Below, piece by piece: positions 35,622 through 45,613 of a stretch of DNA of 64,000 bases. Position 1 is the stretch's first letter. The number at the start of each line of letters is the position of its first letter. The notes below the pieces were generated by a model. It was not told the origin of the DNA. It saw nothing but the letters and a program-made list of their open reading frames with translations, and made no database searches. The translations under genes and the position numbers were made by a program. The DNA is from Blastocystis sp. ATCC 50177/Nand II (lineage: Eukaryota): positions 868,001 through 932,000 of the forward strand of contig JBBPEE010000035.1 of NCBI GenBank assembly GCA_039096935.1, given 5' to 3'.

Positions 35622-37956
35622 TCAGTCTTTCATGGCACACGTCGCCTGCAGCGCTTTGATGTAGTCCTCCTTCGCCTTCATATGGGACTGAAGAAGAGAC
35701 AGTGTGGATTCCAAAGACGAAGCCAGACTCTTCTCATTCTCCGCGCTCTTCTCGTTCTCCTCAATCATGCTCTTCACCTGCTCTCGCAGCTTCGCATTCT
35801 CCTCCTTCAACACCATCACATCCTCCCCGTGTTCCGTCTCTCCAGACTGCATCTTCTCTAGCTCCTTCTTCAACTCCTCGATCGTCTTGTCCCTCTCTTC
35901 AATCATGCGATCCTGATTCACAATCACCTCCTTCACCTCGTCCATCTCATTCTGGATTTGCTTGATCACTTCCTTCTTCTTCTGTTTGCTCTCTTCCATC
36001 TTCTTCAGCTCCTCCTTCAACTGTTCCACCTCCTCCTTCTCGTTCTCATTCTTCATTCCGACTTTCACTTCCTTCATTGCCTCCACCTTCTCCTCCTTCA
36101 CTCCCTCCAACTCCTTCTCCATCGCCTCCTTCTCCTCCTTCACTCCCTCCAACTCCTTCTCCATCGCCTCCTTCTCCTCCTTCACTCCCTCCAACTCCTT
36201 CTGCAGCTCCTCCTTCGTTGCCTCCAACTCCTTCTCCAACTCCTCCACCGCCTCCTCCTTCTCCTTTTTCATTCCCTCCATCTCCCTCTTCAATTCCTCC
36301 ACCGCCTCCTCCTTCTCCTTTTTCATTCCCTCCATCTCCCTCTTCAATCTCTCCATCTCCTCCTCCATCTCCCTCCTCACCTCCTCCACCGCCTCCTCCT
36401 TCTCCTTCTCCACCTCCTCCATCACGCCCTCCTTCACCTCGCCCTTCGCCCCACTCAGCAACTCATCATACCTCACGATCCGTTCCGACAACTCCTTCAG
36501 CTCCTCGTCCCGATTCTGCACCGTCACCGTCAGCCTTCTCAACTCATCATCCTTCGCATCCACGACCGCATGCAGTGCTCTCATCTTTTCCTTCAGATCC
36601 AGCACTTCCTCCTTCAGCTGATCGCGTTGCTGTGATACCTCCCCAATCTGGGAGTAGTATTCGTTCACGTTCTCCTCCGTCACGCCCAGGGTGCGCGCCA
36701 CGAGCTGGTACTTCTGGCTTCGCTTCTTCTCCTTTAGATACCGCCGTTCGTTCATCAGCGCCGTCGCGTACTTCTCGTTCACCAGCTTCTTCAGCGCCTC
36801 CACGTCGTCCGGCAACTCCAACTCCTCCGTCACATAACTGCTCGTGGTCGGCGGCCGCATGAACGAGCATTGCTTCGCCTTCTCCGCCTCCTCGCGTGCC
36901 TCTACCGACGGCACGGCGTCGTTGTACATCTCGCGCAGCATCTGGTTCTCGTAGTGGATCGTGTCCATCACCTCCTCCATATGATTACAGGTCGTGGCGT
37001 ACGCGTACAGGCGTGTCTGGTACTCTCGCAGCACGTTCTCCATCTCGCGACCCAATTCCTTTCCTTCTTCAGACGATGCCAACACTGAGTTCACGGCACT
37101 CAGCACCTTCTTCACGCCCTCCGGCACGTCCTGCGTCACGAATGGAAGGCTCGCCGTCTCGACCATGTTCTTGGAACTGTCCTCTCTGTCAGAATTCGGG
37201 ACGGTTTTGGCACGACGCTGCACAGACACAAAGGAGTCGCTCATCGGCGTTTCCTCCTTCTTCGTCTCCTTCTCCTCCTCCACAGCTGGTGTTTCCTCCT
37301 TCTTCTCTTCGGGATTCACATCCTCCTTCTTCTCTTCGGGCTCTGCAGGAAGTTCCTCGTCTTCAGGCATAATGTACTTGTCCAAATCCTCCCCAGAGCT
37401 CGCCACGAGAGTCACCTCGGTGTTCTCCTGGCAACCGACCTCCTCCAACTTCTTGTTCATATCAATGCGTGAACCGTTGATTTCCAGACAATACTCCATC
37501 TGAGGGACGTCGAATCCTCCCGATCGCAGAATCTACGCCTTAGAAAAACACAGAGAACTCACTTCCAATACGTAGTTACACAGAACGGAACCGGTGAACG
37601 ACAAACAAAACTGGGTGGGGAAGCTGACCATTCCAGCACGGATTGTGATCATGCTCAGCTTGTACACGGTGATATGGGACTTGTAGAGTCGCAACTTGGA
37701 AAGATCGCTCTCCTCGGTGATTTGAATATCTCTCACGAGCAACTGCTGCTCCTCCGGCTTCAAGCCGAATAGATTCTATCGATTACAATTCCAAATAAAG
37801 CAAACAGACACCGCAGTCACGAGCTTCTCGTAGGTCAAAGGAACTTCGACATTCACTTTGTATGACTTCTTCTGGTATACAAACGTAATATCTACCATTC
37901 TCCGGAGTAGAGTTTGTTCCGATTCGACTTGTCACATTTCTCTCTTCTTCCGCCAT
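35622..37956 (-). CDS. Ubiquitin-like N-terminal domain(s) + long coiled coil
   Basis: MAEEERNVT|NITFVYQKKSYKVNV..LFGLKPEEQQLLV, then YCLEINGSRIDMNKKLEEVG..VTLV, followed by heptad E/K repeats (ORF 35622-37499). Confidence 0.7.
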
Positions 37957-37990
37957 TTCAGTAGACACACAATTCGGCCATTGAGATACC

Positions 37991-38660
37991 ATGATAGGAG
38001 CGGGATTCTTGCTTCTGTGCCTTCTCTCCGTTGCCATGGGGGAGTGTGAGAATTGCACTTGTTCAATGTGATGTATAGACTGTGGCACGTTCATTTCTCC
38101 CTGTGAAGTCTTCGTCAACAAGGTGTATGAGTTCGTTGGCCCAAAGGAGGGACCTCCACGCCAACTCGTTACGAATATGAACTTTCACGCCTCCGATGTG
38201 TGCATCGGAATGGCGACTTCCTTCGTTACCATCGCCAATGTGACGAGAGACGATGGAGACGTATCTTGCGAGAAAGGTGAGTACTTTTTCTTTCTACAAC
38301 TCGTAGGGTACGATTCGTACACCGTGGACTACACCCAGCTTCTCTTCCTCGTCCACAATGCCACCTACCTCAACCTATTCAACATCACGTGCAACAAGGA
38401 CGTTGTGATTGGTCACACGTATGATATTCTGTAGTGGATGCCTTCAGGGAGTGAGCTGTAGCAACAACGAGATGGAGTGCTTTCAAGACGGGATGCCCTT
38501 CTTTGACGTGTACAAGCAGCACGTGCCCTCCACGCAGCACGTGTGCTTTTCCTTCTCATCCAGCGATTTCTACACCAAAGTGAAGGGAACCCGAAATGTC
38601 CGGATTTCGGACGATGGATGCGACGGTTACGATGACTCCGATTCGGGAGAAGAGTTATAG
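37991..38660 (+). CDS. Small secretory-pathway protein with signal peptide and C-terminal GEEL
   Basis: MIGAGFLLLCLLSVAMG, two ~30-nt introns, ends SDSGEEL-TAG. Confidence 0.65.
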
Positions 38661-38778
38661 TTCTTTGTACTCTAGGAATGACCATTCTCCTGTTTCTTGG
38701 TCCATGCAGACGTTGCTCTTTGAAAACAAGAAGTCCATAGAAACAGGCAATAAAAGAAGAGAGTAAACGAGACGATAT

Positions 38779-38995
38779 TTACCAAGGAAGGAGATCTCTG
38801 TAGGCAACGTTCCAGCGATCATGCATACCGAGGAAAATGACAAGCGGAACATATCCGACACGGAACAGAAGCTACATGTGAAAACAGCGGCGATACGCTC
38901 ACTCTTCCGTAAGACAAGAGGGCTGCCTTCAGTTTTGCGTAAGGTCCCTGCGGTTTCGGCGCAGGAATCGGAATTCCTCCCATAGGCATCTGCAT
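38779..38995 (-). CDS. TOM7: Tom7-like subunit of the mitochondrial outer-membrane translocase
   Basis: Removing intron 38872-38902 gives MQMPMGGIPIPAPKPQGPYAKLKAALLSYGRLLFRVGYVPLVIFLGMHDRWNVAYRDLLPW*. GYVPLVIFLG matches the Tom7 G(F/Y)IPxVIYLG signature. Confidence 0.7.
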
Positions 38996-39120
38996 GTTGA
39001 TTCTTTCCCTCAAAAACGATCCCCGAATGGAGGCGGGAATAACGGTTATTCTGCATTTCCGGGGTCGGGAGAGGATGGAAACCTCCCCCTTCAATTCACT
39101 CATTCCATCCTTCAGAAACG

Positions 39121-39532
39121 ATGAACGCTCTTGGACGTGCTGCTATGAATGCCCCCGCGATGGCTCGCTCCTTTGCCGCTGCCGCGAAGAACCAGAAGTA
39201 CTACATCCTCATGTGTACGCGTTTCCCCGCGATCTTACGTGTAGACGATTACGTCGAGGGAATTCTCGAGAAGAGAGCTCCTTTCCGTGCCGGCCATCTT
39301 GGTCTGGCGAAGGTTTGTGTTCCGGACGGGGCGTGATGGGTAGGAGCTGCACGCCAAGGGAACCATGTTCATGATCGGTGCCTACGCCAATCCTCCCGAT
39401 GGCGCCACCTTCATCTTCAAGGGCGACTCTCCCGCCGTGTGCGACGAGTGGCTGAAGCGCGACCCTTACCTCGCCAACAAGCTCGTGACCAACTACAGAA
39501 TCCGCGAGTGGTGTGTTGTTCCTCTTGAATAA
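39121..39532 (+). CDS. YciI-family protein with predicted mitochondrial-type presequence
   Basis: Introns 39215-39244 and 39313-39343. EKRAPFRAGHL..GAYANPPDGATFIF..DPYLANKLVTNYRIREW is YciI-like. N-terminus MNALGRAAMNAPAMARSF. Confidence 0.8.
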
Positions 39533-39553
39533 TCGGCCAATCACTGATTGCTG

Positions 39554-39568
39554 TGTTTGCTACAAACA
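39554..39568. terminator. Bidirectional 3'-end motif TGTTTGCTACAAACA
   Basis: Lies between the convergent YciI and NOM1 genes. Confidence 0.7.
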
Positions 39569-39573
39569 GTCGC

Positions 39574-42322
39574 TCACTCGTCGCCGTCCTCATTCATTCC
39601 TAAACGATCCAGGTACTTGGCCATCTTTCGCATCCGCGACTTCAGCGCCGGCTTGTCCTCTACCAGAGGCTTCATGTGCGACTTCAGGAACAGCAGCAAG
39701 CCGTCCCTCACGGTGATGAAGTCGGCTCCAATTCCCACACGGCTGACGCACGCGAGAAGATTCTGGTCATCCGCGTTCTCCAAGAAGTCGGTGATCATCA
39801 CCTCCAGGAAGTAGATCGTTTTCTTGTCGTGCTTGCCGAAATCGACGATGCGGAGAATCGACAGCGAAAGCACGAACTTACGAATCAGATCTGCCGTCAA
39901 GAATTGTTAGTCAAAAGGAATAGGATATTGGAAAGGAGGATGGCGAGATTCTTCAGCTTCTCCTCCGAATAGTCCTGGATGGATTTGAAGATGTCCTGAT
40001 ACGACAGCTGTAGCGTGAAGCGGTGCGACGGCTTGCTGTGACACAGCTGCGTCAAAAGCAGACAATAATACGGGTTGTACCGCTTTTCCTAAAACTGACC
40101 CGATTTTTGCACACCTCACCCGCGCGGCGCACACCAGGATGATGCGGATGATCTCGCGCTCCTGCACCGACTGCAGATTCAGCTGCAGCAGACGATCGAA
40201 GGTTTCCATGTAATCCGACCCCGTCACCAACACCACAAAAACAGCCCTATTTTCACACTCCCAAAACACCCCCTACTTCCGCACATCCGTGTTCATATGC
40301 AACTTCTCTGCAATCTTCAGCACCTTCGGATCCGCCGTTGCCAGCACGCGGCTCATGGAGTTCCGTTTGCTCTTCACCGCCTCCGCCTGCTTCACCGGCT
40401 TGTACTGCGCGCCCAGCACCCACCACCGGCCGTTGGTCTCGATGTTGTGGATGTCTTGAAGCGTGATGGACAACGGCGTGACGGCCGCGCCGAAGGTTTT
40501 GGACACCAAATTGCGCGTTTTGGTGGCCTTGTCACGTTCCTGCTTCGTCTCCGTGTTGTCGCGATTATTCTTGATGGCATACACCGTTTCCAGCATGAGT
40601 TGCACACGCTGATTGCTCCTACGCCTTATCGTTCTTCACAGCACTTGCTTCCACGGCTCAACGTCCGCCTTCTCCTTGATGCTGAGAATCAGGTCCTTCA
40701 GCTCGCCGGGCGAGTCGCCTCTCAGTTTAAACCCAACGATCTTCATTAGCACGAAGATGCATTCGATGTCCAGCTCCGTGAAGTGGGAAGCGCTTTCCAT
40801 CAACAGGTTTGTGAGAAGCGTGGAGGTGATCAGACCGTTGTAGTAGAAGAACGCGAGAAGAAGCATCAGATTGATCGGGGTTTTGGAGTACTCCACCATC
40901 AAATCACTCTACGCGTGATGATCAAGCCATCACTGTACAGATCGGTCGTGCTCCTCCACCGCCTTCTTGTACTCCGCCTCCACCAGCAACACCACGTTCT
41001 CCACAAAGAACGACACAGCGTTCAGATCGCTCTCGTGTTGCACTGCTGCCACCATGCCTGCGTACAGCCGAACGAAGTGGGGAATCACCTTGAACGCGTT
41101 GCGACTCGCTGCGATGATAGTGTCGAACAAAGCCTGGCGCACGCTGTTCTTCGGGTACTTGGCATACAGCGCGATCAGCGCCTACGATGAAACTCCCTCC
41201 CTCTTCTCACGTTGCACATGGCAATGAAGTTCTCGTCTGTGACTTTGTTCACCACCTCACGCACTGACTTCAACATGAAGTCCTCCACCGCTGGTTTCTC
41301 CTCCTGCTTGCCTCCCTCGCGCAGGTGGGGCGGCACGTACTTGGAGGTGAACTGCTTCAGCGCGTCCTCCTTGCCCTTCAGTACCCGCCCGTAGATGTCC
41401 GTGATGCTCCCGTAAGAGACGTCCTTTTCTTCCTCCTTCTCACTCTCTTCTTCTTCCTTCTCACTCTCTTCTTCTTCCTTCTCACTCTCTTCTTCCTTCT
41501 CTTCCTCTTCCTTCTCATTCTTGTCTTCACTCTCTTCCTCCTTTTCACTCTCCTTTTCTTCTTCCTCCTTTTCATTCTCTTCACTCTCACCCTCCTCTTC
41601 TTCACGCTCACTCTCCTCATCACTTCCAAGCAAATCCGCATCATCATCCAACAACGCCTCGTCATCGTCCACTTCTTCCTCTTCTTCCTCGCTTTCTTCA
41701 CCATCACCATTCAACACCTTCAAGCCATTCTGGCTGGCAAAGGAACGCAAGTAGTTGCTGTCCACCATCTCGTCGGAGAAATCGTCATCCATTCCGTCGT
41801 CCTCTGCAATGTCATCCGGGATCTTCTCCGCCTCCTTCTCCAATTGCGTCAGGTTCATGGACCCCTTCTTCGCGGGAGTCGCTTTCTCCTTCGGCTTTTC
41901 CTTCTTTGGTGTTTTGGCTTGCGGCTTTCCTGCCCGATTCTCCAAAGCGGCCAATTCCTCGGCCGACAGCATCTTCTTCGCATCGTCCAGGTGCTTCATA
42001 TCCATCACATTGTCAATATCATCCAAAAAGGACATAATATCGTCTCCAAAGCCATCCTCCTTCAGCTCCTTGTTCAAACGACGACGCACCTCCTTCTTCG
42101 CTTTCGAATCGTTGGAGTGCAGTCCCAGTTTCTCCTCCAGGTAGTCAATCTCCTGATCGAACGAACTGATGTCGTTGCGGACCATCTACAATCAACTCGT
42201 GCGTGCTCATTTCCTACGCTTTCATTCAGCGAAAGGCGCTGGCGTTTTGGGCTCTCTTCCTCCTTGGCGCTTTCTTCGGCGTTCCCTTTGCGCTTTCGAA
42301 ATTGCGCTGTCTTTACCTTCAT
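39574..42322 (-). CDS. NOM1: Nucleolar MIF4G/MA3 protein NOM1/Sgd1
   Basis: EIDYLEEKLG, DGFGDD, KYVPPHLR, GFKLRGDSPGELK, GRWWVLG, MNTDVRKAVF..SDYMETFDRL, LSLSILRIVDF. Confidence 0.85.
39891..39928 (-). other. U12-type intron with AT-AG termini (38 nt)
   Basis: ATATCCTA...TTCTTGAC GGCAG. No GT lies within or next to the intron, and removal restores NLAILLSNLIRKFVLSLS. Confidence 0.85.
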
Positions 42323-42786
42323 TCTCTGTGGTTTCAATGCGGAGAGACGAGCAATAGTGATTCTTGTTTCGACAGGCTTTCCTTCCAAATCGATTGTGTG
42401 TTTAGTGTGTTTGAATGTGGTGTGGCTTCATACAGAGTCTAGTAGATGATCGACCAATCAGCTCGATTTGCAAAACAGAACCATAATTGAACACTTGACT
42501 CTCTATCTCCATCAATCACCCTATTTGCAACTCTCAACCCCACAGAACCGAATGGGAATGGGAATGACGCCGCATATTCACGACTACCCTTGTTTCACCC
42601 CTCGAAGGGAATGGAAGCCCCGTAGAACACTCCACTCGCGTTCTTCATGCACCATGGCGGATTCCAAATGGCCCCAAACTCCCCCACACTTTACCGCGCA
42701 GTCGGGACGGAATGCGATAGAATCTTCTCGAAATGGATCACTTCCATTTTGGTTTGAAAGCGTCAGAATTTCTTATTTCAAGGAAA

Positions 42787-44751
42787 ATGATGAACAAGAT
42801 GCTATTTGCTTTGATTGCTCTCGCAGCGATTGCCTTCGCTGAAGAGGAAGAGAGCCTTGGAAACGTGATTGGTATCGATCTGGGTACTACCTACTCCTGC
42901 GTGGGTATCTACCGCAAGGGTCAGGTGGAGATCATCCCCAACGAGCAGGGTAACCGTATCACGCCTTCGTACGTCGCTTGGGACGACAAGGAGCGTATGA
43001 TCGGTGATTCGGCCAAGAACCAGGCCACGATCAACCCCGAGAGAACCATTTTCGACGTGAAGCGTCTGATTGGCCGCAAGTTCAACGACCCCTCCGTCCA
43101 GAAGGATATGAAGATGTGGCCGTTCCACGTGTTCGACAAGAAGGGCAAGCCCGTGATCCGCGTGAAGACCAACAACGGCGAGAAGGACTTCTCTCCCGAG
43201 GAGGTGTCCGCCATGGTGCTGACGAAGATGAAGCAGATCGCCGAGTCCTACCTGGGCGAGGAGGTGAAGAACGCCGTGATTACCGTGCCCGCCTACTTCA
43301 ACGATGCGCAGCGTCAGGCCACCAAGGATGCCGGAACGATCGCGGGTCTCGCCGTGCAGCGTATCATCAACGAGCCCACTGCGGCCGCTATTGCGTACGG
43401 GCTGGACAAGAAGGACGGTGAGAAGAACATCCTGGTGTTTGACCTGGGCGGCGGTACCTTCGATGTGACGGTGCTGACGATCGACAACGGCGTGTTCGAG
43501 GTGCTGGCGACGAACGGCGACACGCACCTGGGAGGCGAGGACTTCGACCAGGTGGTGATGCACCACATGATGAAGATCTTCAAGAAGAAGTACGGCAAGG
43601 ACATGTCGGGCGACAAGCGCGCGGTGCAGAAGCTGCGTAAGGAGGTGGAGCGCGTGAAGCGCGTGCTGTCGACGCAGCACCAGGCGAACATCGAGGTCGA
43701 GGCGCTGTACGATGGCATCGACTTCTCCGAGACGCTGACGCGCGCGCGCTTCGAGAAGTTGAACATGGACCTGTTCAAGAAGACGCTGGGCCCCGTGGAG
43801 AAGGTGCTGGCGGACGCGGACCTGAAGAAGAAGGAGATCGACGAGATCGTGCTGGTGGGCGGCTCGACGCGTATTCCGAAGGTGCAGGAGCTGCTGAAGG
43901 ACTACTTCAACGGCAAGGAGCTGAACCGCGGCATCAACCCCGACGAGGCCGTGGCGTACGGCGCGGCCGTGCAGGGCGGCATTCTGAGTGGCGAGGCGGC
44001 GGAGGAGACGAAGGACCTGCTACTGCTGGACGTGGCGCCGCTGTCGCTGGGCATCGAGACGGTGGGCGGCGTGATGACGGTGCTGATCAAGCGCAACAGC
44101 GTGATCCCGACGAAGAAGTCGCAGGTGTTCTCGACGTACCAGGACAACCAGCCGTCGGTGACGATCCAGGTGTACGAGGGCGAGCGGTCGATGACGAAGG
44201 ACAACCACAAGCTGGGCCAGTTCGACCTGAACGGCATCGCGCCCGCGCCGCGCGGCGTGCCGCAGATCGAGGTGACGTTCGAGATCGACGCGAACGGCAT
44301 CCTGCAGGTGTCGGCGGAGGACAAGGGCACGGGCAAGAGCGAGTCGATCACCATCACGGCGGAGAAGGGCCGTCTGAACGAGGACGAGATCCAGCGCATG
44401 GTGGAGGAGGCGGAGATGTACGCGAAGGAGGACGAGGCGGCGCGCTCGCGCGTGGACAAGAAGAACGCGCTGGAGGGCTACTGCTACAACCTGAAGAACA
44501 CGATCAGCGACAAGGAGAAGGGCGTGGCGGACAAGATCAGCGAGGAGGACAAGGAGAAGATCGAGGAGGCCGTGAAGGAGACGCTGGACTGGATCGACGA
44601 CCACGAGGACGCCGAGGCGAGCGAGTTCGAGGAGAAGCAGAAGGAGCTGGAGGCCGTGGCCAACCCGATCATGTCCCAGTTCTACCAGAACGCGCAGGGC
44701 AGCGGTGCTGGCAGCGCGGACGAGGCTGGTGATGATGACGATGAATTGTAA
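42787..44751 (+). CDS. HSPA5: ER Hsp70 chaperone BiP (intronless)
   Basis: Signal peptide, [36 protein letters not shown]-terminal DDEL. Confidence 0.97.
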   Translation: MMNKMLFALIALAAIAFAEEEESLGNVIGIDLGTTYSCVGIYRKGQVEIIPNEQGNRITPSYVAWDDKERMIGDSAKNQATINPERTIFDVKRLIGRKFNDPSVQKDMKMWPFHVFDKKGKPVIRVKTNNGEKDFSPEEVSAMVLTKMKQIAESYLGEEVKNAVITVPAYFNDAQRQATKDAGTIAGLAVQRIINEPTAAAIAYGLDKKDGEKNILVFDLGGGTFDVTVLTIDNGVFEVLATNGDTHLGGEDFDQVVMHHMMKIFKKKYGKDMSGDKRAVQKLRKEVERVKRVLSTQHQANIEVEALYDGIDFSETLTRARFEKLNMDLFKKTLGPVEKVLADADLKKKEIDEIVLVGGSTRIPKVQELLKDYFNGKELNRGINPDEAVAYGAAVQGGILSGEAAEETKDLLLLDVAPLSLGIETVGGVMTVLIKRNSVIPTKKSQVFSTYQDNQPSVTIQVYEGERSMTKDNHKLGQFDLNGIAPAPRGVPQIEVTFEIDANGILQVSAEDKGTGKSESITITAEKGRLNEDEIQRMVEEAEMYAKEDEAARSRVDKKNALEGYCYNLKNTISDKEKGVADKISEEDKEKIEEAVKETLDWIDDHEDAEASEFEEKQKELEAVANPIMSQFYQNAQGSGAGSADEAGDDDDEL

Positions 44752-44762
44752 ACTGGTTGCGC

Positions 44763-44770
44763 TGTTTGTT
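44763..44770 (+). terminator. TGTTTGTT polyadenylation motif of BiP
   Basis: 11 nt after the stop and 20 nt before the next ATG. Confidence 0.75.
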
Positions 44771-44790
44771 GCGTCATTCTCTTTTCTTTT

Positions 44791-45491
44791 ATGATGTCGC
44801 TTCCCGATTCCTGCACCTTTTCGAGTCTCCTGCGGATATCGAACCAGTACAAGCAGTTGGACGCCATCCGGAAGGACATTCAGGGACTCTACGTGCTGCC
44901 ACGCGAGAATGATCCGTACACCTGGGACGGAGTGATTTTCGTGTCGACCGGCGTGTGGGAAGAAGGCATCTTCAAGTTCACGCTCCAGATCCCAAAGGGG
45001 TATTCTCTCTGAGCCAATTGACATGTCTAGGAATATAAATACCTCCATTTGCACACTGAAGTTCATAACCCCTCTCTACCACCCGTTCGTGAATCCGAGA
45101 GTGTTATTTGCATATTTTCTTGATGCTGTAGACAAACTATCTGGATATTCAGTATATATACCCCAAGTGGAGAACGGACGCCAATGTGCTGACCACTCTC
45201 ATGGTGAAGGTGGTGGACATGTTCCACCAGACTGTCTTTGACGTAAATGTGTGCCCCAACACGGAGGCTGCCAAATAGTGCGTGCTGTTGGTGCTTGTGA
45301 GGGATAGCTTTCAGGAGAGTACGGACGCCGTTACAAAGAAGGAGCTGCTTCAGAAGATCCGACAGTGCGTCAACAACAGCATCAAGACACGATTCGATCC
45401 GATTCCCGGAGCGACTCTGGCATTTGGAAAGCCGGAGGAAAACGATTATGAAGAGTATAAAAACGTGAAGGAAAAGCTTGGCGTTGCCTGA
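44791..45491 (+). CDS. AKTIP: AKTIP/FTS-like ubiquitin-conjugating enzyme variant
   Basis: GLYVLP..WDGVIFVSTGVWEEGIFKFTLQIP, FITPLYHPFVNP, with no catalytic Cys evident. Confidence 0.65.
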
Positions 45492-45495
45492 GTGT

Positions 45496-45503
45496 TGTTT
45501 GTT
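45496..45503 (+). terminator. TGTTTGTT polyadenylation motif exactly 4 nt after TGA
   Basis: TGA GTGT TGTTTGTT, implying a zero-length 3' UTR. Confidence 0.75.
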
Positions 45504-45613
45504 GTGCTTAAAGATGGCAATTGGTGTATGCAGGGGAAAAGAACAAGAAGGAAGTGGTTTTGCAGGGAAGAGAATGACACGATTGACAGTGTTCTCTCCA
45601 CCACACAGTTGCC

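Noticed and set aside
42733..42786. Upstream ATG extension of BiP
   Set aside because: The signal peptide begins at MMNKMLF (42787) and the extension does not look like a signal sequence.
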